Below are positions 12,284 to 23,550 of a DNA stretch of 64,000 nt, one piece after another. The notes under the pieces are model-generated. The model searched no databases. It was not told where the DNA came from and worked only from the letters and a program-made list of their open reading frames with translations. This DNA comes from Octopus bimaculoides. Lineage: Eukaryota. The stretch's first letter is position 1. Every line of letters begins with the position of its first letter. A program made the translations under genes and the position numbers. The DNA is taken from positions 20,144,486 through 20,208,485 of the forward strand of contig NC_068996.1 of the NCBI RefSeq assembly GCF_001194135.2, in the 5' to 3' direction.

Positions 12284-12693
12284 TACTCTTTTTACTCTTT
12301 TACTTGTTTCAATCATTTGACTGCGGCCATGCTGGAGCACCGCCTTTAGTCGAGCAAATCGACCCCAGGACTTATTCTTTGTAAGCCTAGTACTTATTCT
12401 ATCGGTCTCTTTTGCCGAACCACTAAGTTACGGGGACGTAAACACACCAGCATCGGTTGTCAGGCGATGTTGCGGGGACAAACACAGACACACAAACATA
12501 TGCACACACACACATACATATATATATATACATATATACGACGGGCTTCTTTCAGTTTCCGTCTACTAAATCCACTCAAGGCTTTGCTCAGCCCGAGGCT
12601 ATAGTAGAAGACACTTGCCCAAGGTGCCACGCAGAGGGAATGAACCCAGAACCATGTGGTTGGTAAGCAAGCTACTTACCACACAGGCACTCA
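12284..12693 (-). mobile_element. tRNA-derived SINE family A (octopus-type), full copy with internal microsatellite
   Basis: On the minus strand: tRNA-like head (GTGGTAAGTAGCTTGCTTACCAACCACATGGTTC...TTCA), core ending GGAAACTGAAAGAAGCCCGTCG, (TA/TG)n, then a tail ending GAAACAAGTAAAAGAG. Many homologous copies lie in the window. Confidence 0.9.
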
Positions 12694-12814
12694 TGTACAT
12701 ATGCATATGCACATATGCACATATGCATATACATATATATATGCATACACACACACACATATATATACATATATACATTTTTTTTCATCATGTAACCTCG
12801 TGGGCATCGGTACC

Positions 12815-12975
12815 ATTTTCCTCTTTCTCCGTTCTTCCATTCTCCGAACTTTCCATCTTTCCGACGAAGGGCTACGCCCGAAACGTCATACACTCTCTCT
12901 TTCCTTTCCTGAGCGTCCAATAATACTATCCATATCACGTCCTCACTTTGTTGTTTTTTTTGTTTTTTTGTTATT
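12815..12975 (+). mobile_element. Penelope-like pseudo-LTR fragment with minimal hammerhead-like core
   Basis: CCGACGA-A-GGGC-TAC-GCCC-GAAA-C-GTC at 12861-12887, in a pyrimidine-rich context typical of PLE 3' ends. Confidence 0.5.
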
Positions 12976-13491
12976 GTGTTTTTGAACTATATATATATAT
13001 ATATNNNNNNNNNNNNNNNNNNNNNNNNNNNNNNNNNNNNNNNNNNNNNNNNNNNNNNNNNNNNNNNNNNNNNNNNNNNNNNNNNNNNNNNNNNNNNNNN
13101 NNNNNNNNNNNNNNNNNNNNNNNNNNNNNNNNNNNNNNNNNNNNNNNNNNNNNNNNNNNNNNNNNNNNNNNNNNNNNNNNNNNNNNNNNNNNNNNNNNNN
13201 NNNNNNNNNNNNNNNNNNNNNNNNNNNNNNNNNNNNNNNNNNNNNNNNNNNNNNNNNNNNNNNNNNNNNNNNNNNNNNNNNNNNNNNNNNNNNNNNNNNN
13301 NNNNNNNNNNNNNNNNNNNNNNNNNNNNNNNNNNNNNNNNNNNNNNNNNNNNNNNNNNNNNNNNNNNNNNNNNNNNNNNNNNNNNNNNNNNNNNNNNNNN
13401 NNNNNNNNNNNNNNNNNNNNNNNNNNNNNNNNNNNNNNNNNNNNNNNNNNNNNNNNNNNNNNNNNNNNNNNNNNNNNNNNNNNNNNNNNNN

Positions 13492-14478
13492 AACAGTCAC
13501 AGGGAGCAAGATCGGGTGAATAGGGAAGATGGATAAGCGATGTCATGCCATTTTTAGCAAAAACTGTCTCACATTCAAGGTGGTGGGCGCAGGTGCATAG
13601 TCAAGATGATACCACCACTCTCCGCTTTGCCATAGGTCGGACGTCTTCGCCTCACCGCGTCTCGCAAACGTTTCAGAATGGCTGGTTAACAGTTTGACCA
13701 GGAGGAACAAATTCTGTGTGGACAATTCCTTTCGTATCAGTGAAACAAATCAGCAACGTCTTCACATTGGACTTCACTTGACGCGCTTTTTTTGGAACGT
13801 GGTGACATTGAATGCCCCTATTGACTTGATTGCTGCTTCGTTTCCGCATCGTAGCCGTAGCATCAGCTTTCGTCACCAGTGATGACATTCTGAAAAAGGT
13901 TCGGATCAACTTCCAACTGTTTTTTTTCAGTTCATGGTACATATTCGGTCGTGACTGTTTTTGATCTTCCGTGAGCAAGCGAGACACAAATTTTGCTGCA
14001 ACTCTTCATTCGCAATTCCTTGCGCAAAATTCGTTAGCAGGAACTCCAGGATACACCAGTTATATCAACAAGTTTGTCAATTGTTTGGCGGCGGTCCTTC
14101 ATGTTTTCATTCGTTCAAGAGGTCGACGGTCGCCCTGAACGAAGTTGATCTTCAAGCGAAAGGTGACCATTCATAAAACGTGAAAACAACACATAAACTT
14201 CTGTTTTGCTCGTGGCAGTATCCTTGTAAGCATGACAACTCTTTCGGTTGTCGTTTTCCCCAGCAGAAAACAAAATTTCACGGAAGCACGCTGAACCTTC
14301 GTTTCAGCCATCGCAAAAATCGACGAAACGAAAACGCACCACGTAGGAGTTCACTCAACGACGCTGGTTGGCAGACTGATGCCTAAGGGTCGTTTCACGT
14401 GGCTTCAAGCAGCGGAAGCGTGCACAACAACGGGATTGTCTCATAGTGTATATTTCCGATTACTTTTGGGCACCCTTA

Positions 14479-14480
<2 letters not shown>
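13492..14480 (-). mobile_element. Mariner-like DNA transposon relic
   Basis: HLPYSPDLAPCD motif, KKARQVKSNVKTLLICF.D.KGIVHTEFVPPGQTVNQ and RLLTEDQKQSR. The end TACTAAGGGTGCCCAAAAGTAATCGG abuts (TA)n; the other end lies in an N gap. Confidence 0.9.
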
Positions 14481-14530
<50 letters not shown>

Positions 14531-15300
14531 GTATACGCACAGAGACAGTAGATAAAATTTGTAATCGATATAGATTATTGAAGTACATGAAGTCGATGGC
14601 TCCAGCATTGCAACGATCCGCAGTAAATCAGAGAAATAAAATAAAATGAAATATAAATCATTTATATATTTTTAACATCCATAGAAATAAATCTCAATGG
14701 CAACATCTTGCAGAAGAGCCACACCTTGGCAGTTATTGATCTGTAGAACAGTGTCTATTATTTAACAGAAAAATCAATTATTTTTATTAGAACTGAGGTT
14801 TAATCTTTGATCATAATCACCCAATTCTTGAAACATACAGGACGTAGACATTCGTTGAAATTTTGCTTCCTCTAGTAGCCATGGTCAAGAAAATGTTGAG
14901 TAATGATCACAATACACAGCTGAAATAGAAAAAATATTAGTACCATATCATTATACAGCTTAATGGACAGTCCCTCTTAGAGGAAAGGAGTCCGTTAATT
15001 TTATCAGACTGAAATGAAATTGGCATACCTGTAGAGTACCATGAAAAGTGGAGTAGCTTATCTCTGGTGGTTATTCATAAGAGATTCACAGTAAATCAAA
15101 AACACGATTTTCTCTGGTTAGCCCCAAAACAAATTAGCGTAATTTAATATATCTAAGCAACGGTCGGTGGTAGAGAAAAGGCAAGGCCATTTCCGGAATC
15201 AGGCCAAACTTTTGCATGATAAACCCATAAAATATTAGAATAAACATACTTCTACAAAATTTTGTAACATATATATATATATANNNNNNNNNNTATCCAT

Positions 15301-16136
15301 GTAACACACGAACCTGTGTCCATTATAACCTTCGAACAGGAGAGGTCAGCCGCTTCCCCTTGCTGGTCTGGCATCTACAGACTAGTTTTAGGGTATTGCC
15401 CCTTATCAATGTACAGCAGCCGAACCCAGAATGCGTCGCTACTGACCGTCTGTACGAAGGATTATTTACCTAAATTCAGTGGAATACATCCACTGGTTTT
15501 CAAAAATAGAAATATTAATATTTCTAAGTCACATAGCTAGCTAGAGGTGATGGCCTCTTTGAGCTAGTCAACGGCAGCAATCGTCCTATTTTTTGGACCG
15601 CCATGGTGGCTTGGCGATAACTACTAATATCCAGTACCGCTGCCGTTGATTAGCTCAAAGAGGCCATCACCTCTAGCTAGCTATGTGACATACGAGTCTG
15701 TGTCCATTGGTGATAATTATTAATATCCAGTACCGCTGCCGTAGTCTTCGTTAGAGAGACTTAGAAATATTAATATTTCTATTTTTAAAAACCAGTGGAT
15801 GTATTCCACTGAATTTAGGTAAATAATCCTTCGTACAGACGGTCAGTAGCGACGCCTGCTGGGTTCGGCTGCTCTACATTGATAAGGGGCAATACCCCGA
15901 AACTAGTCTGTAGATGCCAGACCAGCAAGGGGAAGCGACTGACCATCCCTGTTCGAAGGTTATAATGCACACAGGTTGGTGTGTCACATAGCTAGTTAGA
16001 GGCGATGGCCTCTTGGAGCTAATCAATGGCAGCATTCGTCCTATTTTTGGACTGCCATGTCGAATTGGCGATAACTATTGATATCCGGTACCGCTGCCGT
16101 AGTCTCCTTTAGAGAGACTTAGAAATATTAATATTT
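15301..16136. repeat. Nested inverted and direct repeat structure
   Basis: Outer arms of about 230 bp (15301-15530 versus 15758-15987) and inner arms of about 51 bp (15528-15578 versus 15639-15689). 15982-16136 directly repeats the central module. Confidence 0.93.
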
Positions 16137-16705
16137 ACATATATATGTCTGTGTGTGTGTGTGTGTGTGNNNNNNNNNNNNNNNNNNNNNNNNNNNNNNN
16201 NNNNNNNNNNNNNNNNNNNNNNNNNNNNNNNNNNNNNNNNNNNNNNNNNNNNNNNNNNNNNNNNNNNNNNNNNNNNNNNNNNNNNNNNNNNNNNNNNNNN
16301 NNNNNNNNNNNNNNNNNNNNNNNNNNNNNNNNNNNNNNNNNNNNNNNNNNNNNNNNNNNNNNNNNNNNNNNNNNNNNNNNNNNNNNNNNNNNNNNNNNNN
16401 NNNNNNNNNNNNNNNNNNNNNNNNNNNNNNNNNNNNNNNNNNNNNNNNNNNNNNNNNNNNNNNNNNNNNNNNNNNNNNNNNNNNNNNNNNNNNNNNNNNN
16501 NNNNNNNNNNNNNNNNNNNNNNNNNNNNNNNNNNNNNNNNNNNNNNNNNNNNNNNNNNNNNATTTTTAATAATTTGTTATGATCGTTATTTGTGTTTTTT
16601 CGTAATTTGTTCTGATGGAAACCATTCCTGAGGAAGTGCCAAACGTCAGACATCCAACGGATCAGTCGCTGGATAGGTTATACAAATTGAAAACCTTGAA
16701 AAAAA

Positions 16706-16817
<112 letters not shown>

Positions 16818-17271
16818 ATGTATGTATATGTATACTAATAACTTGATTGGGCAAACGAACTTATCTCATTAGGCTTGCAGGTACCGCATGAGAGAATTCC
16901 AAGGTGGCTTCTGGATACTAGGCTGCCATAGGTAAACGCAGATCACATAGTGCTATAATTATGGTAACGACATGAGATTCAGTTCTGTGCGCAGTTTGAA
17001 TTCCAACGACCACGTGCTGAGGCAGGGTGTTGGTGACAACTCTCGGTCTAGGAAGTGGGGTTTGGCTTCTGAGTAATATCAGCTCTTTGGTTTATGCATC
17101 CGTATTACCGGAAATGTGAGTGTATGTAACTGGCACATATCCTCGCCTATCTGCTGTGTGTATGCGTGTGTGAGCATGCGTGTGTGAGCATGCGTGTGTG
17201 AGCATGCGTGTGTTTGTGTTTTGTGTGTTGGCGATACTAGTTCTTTGGTATAAATGCGTGTGTATGTATGT

Positions 17272-17430
17272 ATAAGGAGCTACGACGATGCTGAGATCGT
17301 TGAGCCTCTCGGGTTATTTATCTTAGATACACTTAAGAAGACCCCCTTCTTTTTTGTCGACCTCGTACCGGGAAGACGATCTGGCAATCTGAAGACATAT
17401 GAACGTCCATGCAATGGACAATTTCATTTA
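17272..17430 (+). mobile_element. Penelope-like RT fragment (SYDGAE to RDDG segment)
   Basis: RSYDDAEIVEPLGLFILDTLKK, then YREDDLAI in a shifted frame. Confidence 0.65.
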
Positions 17431-17444
17431 TTATTATTATGACC

Positions 17445-18330
17445 GAGTTTCAACCAGTACTACAGAAACAAAATCCACCCACCACACTTCTCGGTCCAAC
17501 ATTGCTACCTCTAGGTTCTGGATATATTCCAGGCCAGTGATTCGATCAGGTTGTCGATGCCAGTGTGACAACGTTTTCCTGTTTTTACATCACCATGAAG
17601 TGGCTTCCACAAAGACTAATTTAGATGCTTCCAATCAGGCGTAGCGCACGCAGACTTCTTTACCTGCTCTGGTTAAATTTTGGCAGTCTCCATAAAGGAT
17701 TTCGTTTGTCATATGTTGCTGTCATTTCACATTTAGGGCCATTGGTAGTAGCCATCTAGTCCGTTTCATTTTTTTCTTTTGTCAATGTTCATTTTTTGCT
17801 GCCATATAATAGCACTGATTCGACAGCTGTAATGAACAGGTTGATTTTGATTCGCTTGAACAATTTGGAGCTCCAAACTTTCTTTAGTTTGTGACTGATT
17901 GACCATGCTTGTACCTTCTTGATCTTGAGATCTACTTCTGAACTGTTCACTCAATCATCTAAGTACTTGAAGCTTTCCACAACATTCAATTGGAACCTCT
18001 AAAAGCAAACAGTTCAGCATCACTTGATTGGTTGAAAGGCATGTATTCAGTTTTCCTTACATTTGTCTGCAGTTCAATTTTGGCAGCTGATGTTTTTACT
18101 CTGCTGAGCAGCTGTTGTGCTTGACTTATTTCATTTGATATGAGTGCTATATCATCTGCGAAGTTCAGGGCTATAATGATTACTGATGGTACTCTCCGCG
18201 ATCTTCGCCGGTCAGTAGTTAAACCAAATTCTTCGTCACTGTTGTCTATAGCCTGCTGCATTGCAAAATCCAGTACAATTACAAACAGGTAACGTGTAAG
18301 CATGTCTCCTTGTAGCATCCCAGCTAGTAT
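17445..18330 (-). mobile_element. RTE-type LINE RT fragment
   Basis: MLQGDMLTRYLFVIVLDFAM...LNFADDIALIS...AQQLLSRV...KTEYM, and further on MTNEILYG. Confidence 0.85.
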
Positions 18331-18459
18331 TTGAAAGAATTAGCTTTCTCTGTAAGATGACAACACACGAGCTCGGGTCTTCTTGTAAGTCTTTGCAATG
18401 GCAAGAACTAGTTACTCTGGAATGCCATTTGCTCGACGGCTCTTCAACATGTGTCACTA

Positions 18460-18655
18460 TTCAAGTTCAGGAAGGATATGATAAAGATATTCAAAGAATT
18501 CGGATTATCTGTAATAGTTACCGCCAATTTGACAAATTCGAAGAGAAAACTGTGTATAGCGATAGATATATCCATCATCCTGCTGCAATTAGAAACTTAA
18601 TTTCAGACCTCAGTAGAAGAATTTCTAGACTTTCAGCGGACAGAGAGCTTACCAA
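18460..18655 (+). mobile_element. Penelope-like RT fragment (thumb region)
   Basis: KDMIKIFKEFGLSVIVTANLT, then RYIHHPAAIRNLISDLSRRISRLSADRE. Confidence 0.65.
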
Positions 18656-19490
18656 CTGACACCAACACATCGGCACACATCATTTCACCAGTCTTAAATG
18701 GACAAACACCAGACGCGCACACAAACGCAAACACTAGAGTTATGCATATATACGCACCCCAGATATATGTACACACGCACGAGATGTGCACGAAACACGC
18801 GTTCGCATGTACACAAAGTGCATGTATACACCCGCGCTACATACACGCGTACGCATACGCAGACATAGACTCACATATTCCTTCAATCAACAATACCTCT
18901 CAACAGAAAAATGAAGGGGCACATACCAAATGTACACGCAGACGCAATGGACATGCATACACACACAGCAAGCAGATACAAACACATGTATATCCGCACA
19001 TACACATATACACAGCTGCTAGATATACTCACACACGCGCACACTTATGTGATACATAAATTCACATATCACATACACAGATGCGTACATACGACAAGGA
19101 ACTGATGACGCCAAGACACAAAGCACACATACGCATGCACACAAACGCACGCACACATACACAGCAGATATGCACTAACAGATCGAGTATATACGTACAC
19201 ACACACAACAAACTGATGTCGCTAACAAACCAAACCTCACTTCTTAGAGAGTCAACCCCGACAATAGTTTGACAAACCTACGTAGCTTTGATTTGCTTGG
19301 AGCCAAATTGAACTCTATTAATTACATAACTCGTATGAAATGTGTTGAGTGCCTCTTTCTATCATTTGTTCACTGATGTGATATATAAGTGTGTGTATGT
19401 ATGTATATCTATCTATCTACCTATCTGTTTATTTATCTATGTTTGTGCATGAATATGTATATATATGTGTGTGTATATCTATCTATCTGT

Positions 19491-19865
19491 GGAGGCGCAA
19501 TGGCCCAGTGGTTAGGGCAGCGGACTCGCGGTCGTAGGATCGCGGTTTCGATTCCTAGACCGGGCATTGTGAGTGTTTATTGAGCGAAAACACCTGAAGC
19601 TCCACGAGGCTCTGGCAGGGGTGGTGGTGATCCCTGCTGTATTCTTTCACCACAAATTTCTCTCACTCTTTGTTTCTGTTGTGCCTGTATTTCAAAGGGC
19701 CAGCCTTGTCACACTCTGTGTCATGCTGAATCTCCCCCGAGAACTACGTTAAAGGTACACGTGTCTGTGGAGTGATCAGCCACTTGCACGTTAATTTCAC
19801 GAGCAGGCTGTTCCGTTGATCGGATCAACTGGAACCTTCGTCGTCGTAACCGACGGAGTGCCAAC
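19491..19865 (+). mobile_element. tRNA-derived SINE family B
   Basis: Head GGCGCAATGGCCCAGTGGTTAGGGCAGCGG...GGTTTCGATTCC with pol III A- and B-box-like motifs. The tail is shared with 50595-50919. Confidence 0.88.
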
Positions 19866-19878
19866 AATCTATCTATAT

Positions 19879-21190
19879 AGAGGGAGGAAAAGAAATTATC
19901 CAGAAATAGTTTAATATTTATACATATTATAAACTTAAATACTAACTGATCAGATGGTATTAGTGAATATTGATCAATTGGTATATACTGGTATTTAATA
20001 AAGGAGTACTGAGGTAAAAGAACATGCTAACTATATATTAATTTAATTATAATCTAAGCAGTTTATTTTAAGTAGTGAATATACCAGCATTGTTATATAT
20101 AAGCTAAGTATGAATTTATAGAGGTACAAAAATTTAGATTTATTTGACAAATAAATAAATAAAAGCTATTATAAAATAATAAAGAAATGAAATAATCAGG
20201 TAGGGCAGAACATCATAGAAAAGGAATAAAATAGCTTAATTACTAATACTATAGTAAAGTATATGTAGCTTATTAATCACAATAGAGACTATTTATAGAA
20301 AATGTATAATAATTCAAAATATACTAAACTAAAAATTATATATTTGCTTAATTAGCTAGTATCAATAAAGACTGATATCTGGTATTAACTAAGGGAATAT
20401 ATATGTTATGAGACATTCTAACTTTACACTAAATTTTTAAAACTAAGGGCTATATTATAGGTTTTAGAAGTTATTATTGTTACTCCATACATGATATTTA
20501 TAGTTTCTTAGGGCTATTTAATTAGAAGGGCTACTTATAACTACTAAGATCAGGAGGGTAGAATACTTTAAGAAAGGGATAAAGATCATTTCAAACAATA
20601 TTGCCATATTGTATAAAGTTAAAATTTAGGGTAGTCAGGAAGATCATTCAGAATGAAATTTTAACAAAAGGATTAAACTTCTATGAATACTTTTGAGTAA
20701 ATATGTTACCACAATAGAGGGAGAAAAGAAAATTGTAAAGAAAATAGTTTAATATTTATTTACTTATTATTTATCTAAATATTAACTTATTAGTGGGTAA
20801 CTATGGAGATTGATCAATTGGAATTTAACTGGTATTTAATGAAGGAGCACAGAGGCTAAAGAACATGTTAACTATATATTGATTTAATTAAATTGAATTA
20901 TTTTAAGTTGTAGAGATACCGGTATTGCTTTATATAAGCTAAGTATGATTTAATAGGGGTACAAAGATTAGAAGGCTATTATAAAATAATAAAATGATCA
21001 GGTAGGGTAGTGTACCATAGAAAAGGAATAAAGATAACCTAATTATTAAAACCATTACAAAGTATATATACCTAATTAACTTCAATAGAGACGATTTATA
21101 GAAAATTTATAATAATTTAAGTATTGTGAACTAAAAATTGTTTATTAACTTATTTAGTTTAATACAATCAAGACTGATACCCGGTATTGG
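19879..21190. repeat. Diverged tandem duplication (period about 837 bp) of AT-rich, strand-skewed DNA
   Basis: Colinear blocks AGAGGGAG...AATAGTTTAATATTTAT, ATTGATCAATTGG, AAGAACATG, TAAGCTAAGTATGA, TCAGGTAGGG and ATAGAAAAGGAATAAA start at 19879 and again at 20716. Confidence 0.85.
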
Positions 21191-21214
21191 TCATATATAT
21201 TGGTCATATATATG

Positions 21215-21302
<88 letters not shown>

Positions 21303-21310
<8 letters not shown>

Positions 21311-21495
21311 TCCCCCTAGCATTGCTTGACAACCGATGCTGGTGTGTTTATGTCCCCGTAACTTAGCGGTTCGGCAAAAGAGACCGATAGAATAAGTACT
21401 AGGCTTACGAATAATAAGTCCCGGGGTCGGTTTGCTCGACTAAAGGCGGTGCTCCAGCATGGCCGCAGTCAAATGACTGAAACAAGTAAAAAAAA
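21303..21495 (+). mobile_element. SINE family A, 3' half
   Basis: GCTTGACAACCGATGCTGGTGTG...GGCGGTGCTCCAGCATGGCCGCAGTCAAATGACTGAAACAAG following (TG)n. Confidence 0.9.
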
Positions 21496-21499
21496 ACAT

Positions 21500-22975
21500 G
21501 CAGAAGAAACAAGAAGGTACAACTTTGACGGAACGAGGGCATCATACTGAAAGGGTCGGGTAGGTGGCCATTCACTCCAGACGTCGTTGTACATTTCATT
21601 GATACAGCTGTAGAAGGTAGAAGCAAAACCGGTTAAGGACAGCCATCAAGTATGAATATGATCCTTCTTATCCGGGTCCTTTTGAAGCAATGCTCCCGCT
21701 CTTCGACACATAGAACTAGTAACTCTTCCATTTTGCATTCTAATGTGTTTTACCGAACAAGTAAAACACAACGATAAAGCATGCAAGCTAGGCCACTCAA
21801 AACAAGCAATTTGCTTCCAAGACATCTCCTGTTGTATTTCTATGGCGGTTTTCGGCTTTTCACAACACACTTCCTTCGTTGGCGAACGTCGTGTTGGGCC
21901 ATCACGATAGACCCCGCGTACTAGCTCGCCTAGATGTCCCGATAAGTAGAGAAAAGTATCACTGAAAAGCCTTATATATATCTACTTGGGATTAAAGACC
22001 AGAATATATCTTTGTTACCATGTAGCACCTCTGCCATCCGGGTTTATCAAAAAGATTTCGTTCGTTTGAATTTTAAAGCGGCTGCTTTAACGCTAACAAC
22101 GCATACTTCGTGTGCTTTGTGTTGAACAAGTGGTCGAGGCAGTCTAGCCACAAGCATTTCTCTGTGTTGCCTCTCCTAAGTGCTTCATCTAAGCTTCTAA
22201 TTAGATACCCCTCTATTCTAATTTTCACTATCGCTCCGACCCAGCTAAACTTTATTGATTCTACTCTAATCACGTTTTCCAAGTTGAATCCCACTTTGTT
22301 ATTGATGATTACTTCCGTCAAGACCCAGTTGACAAATTTGCTAATCCGGTCTCTGTGAATTTGGCACAGCTTCCAGTGGCTGGATCCTAGCCGACGAAAC
22401 CTATCTAGATCGACCGTACATACCACAAATTTTTTTCCTGTTTCTTTAGCCGACGATTTTAAAATGTGGACAGCTTATGCTATTCCTATTTGCTAGTTTA
22501 CGAACTATAGGTACGAACTAGAAGACTCAATGCAGTTTGTCTGTGTCCATAAAAGTACTTTCGGGTAATTTAGTCGGTACATCTTAGACATTTGGAAATG
22601 TTTGAGCAGGACAAGGCTTTTCCAATTCCTTTTTATGGTCAACATCCAAGATTGCGATCCAATCGCCTGTTAGCCTCAGAGATCGGAATGTTCCCAGAAA
22701 AACCACAATTCGTCCAAAGAAATATGACGCCCAAGACCTTTGTTGGAGCGTTGACAATACTAGTGTGAAGTTATGCCCTCCCAGTCTCGGTCGACTTAGA
22801 GAAGTGTACACTTCATAGCCACCGAAATTGAGTCGTGAATCTCGCACCTCGGGAATTCTAGTCATGCTGATGGCAACCCAGTTTATATCCAGACATCTGA
22901 GGTTGTTAAACAGGTGACCCTGCTTTCAAGGCGACCCCAAGCCATGTGCTTTTTATACGGCTTATTCTGATAAAC
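21500..22975 (-). mobile_element. L1/Tx1-like LINE ORF2 relic with internal deletions (APE, linker, RT pieces)
   Basis: GHLFNNLRCLDINWVAIS, LTGDWIAILD, VCTVDLDR..LGSSHWKL, LLQKDPDKKD and GVNGHLPDPFSMMPSFRQSC occur in the expected order on the minus strand. Confidence 0.8.
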
Positions 22976-23211
22976 GTCATATTAGGTAAAATGAAGAAAG
23001 TGATTTCTCCTACCTCCTAGTTGTGAGTGTTACCACGAGTAAGCTTTGTATAGTCTTTTGTAATTATTCCTTAGGAAATCTATTCCGTCGGGCTATGTTT
23101 GTAAAAAGGTTCTGTCTATTTTGTTCTGTATGGATGTATTGGTATGCTTTTTGTTGTTGTCATGTAGTGTTTTTCGAAGTAATGTTTGTATCTTGGTGTA
23201 TGTCTTTTACC

Positions 23212-23550
23212 TTTTGCTTCTTTCAGTCATTAAACTCAGGCCATAGTGGGACACCGCCTTGAAGAATTTTTAGTCCAATGAATCGACTCCGGTACTTATT
23301 TTTATTTAGCCTGGTAATTCTTCTACCCGACTATTTTGCCGAACCGCTAAGTTACAGTGATGTAAGCATACCAACATCAGTTACCAATCGGTGGTGGAGG
23401 ACAACCACACATACAATCTCTTGCACACACACACACACACACATACACACACACACATATATATACCACGGTCTTTCAATTGCCATATACCAAATCCATT
23501 CACAAGTCTTTGGTCGTGTTCTGTGTGAAGAGCAGCAAATGCCCCAACGA
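23212..23550 (-). mobile_element. SINE family A, diverged copy
   Basis: Homologous to 26391-26778 (GCCGAACCGCTAAGTTAC, CCAAATCCATTCACAAG). Confidence 0.8.

Noticed and set aside
14690-15120. Possible minus-strand exons with AG/GT signals
   Set aside because: The middle candidate has stops in all three frames and no coherent protein could be assembled.
19491-19570. tRNA-like sequences at SINE heads (also 26085, 26700-26778, 50595)
   Set aside because: No complete cloverleaf or acceptor stem; each continues into SINE body sequence, so they are not tRNA genes.
22073-22426. Clean 117-aa ORF that could be a host exon
   Set aside because: It lies between Tx1/L1 APE and RT motifs on the same strand and matches the post-endonuclease linker (G..WKL).
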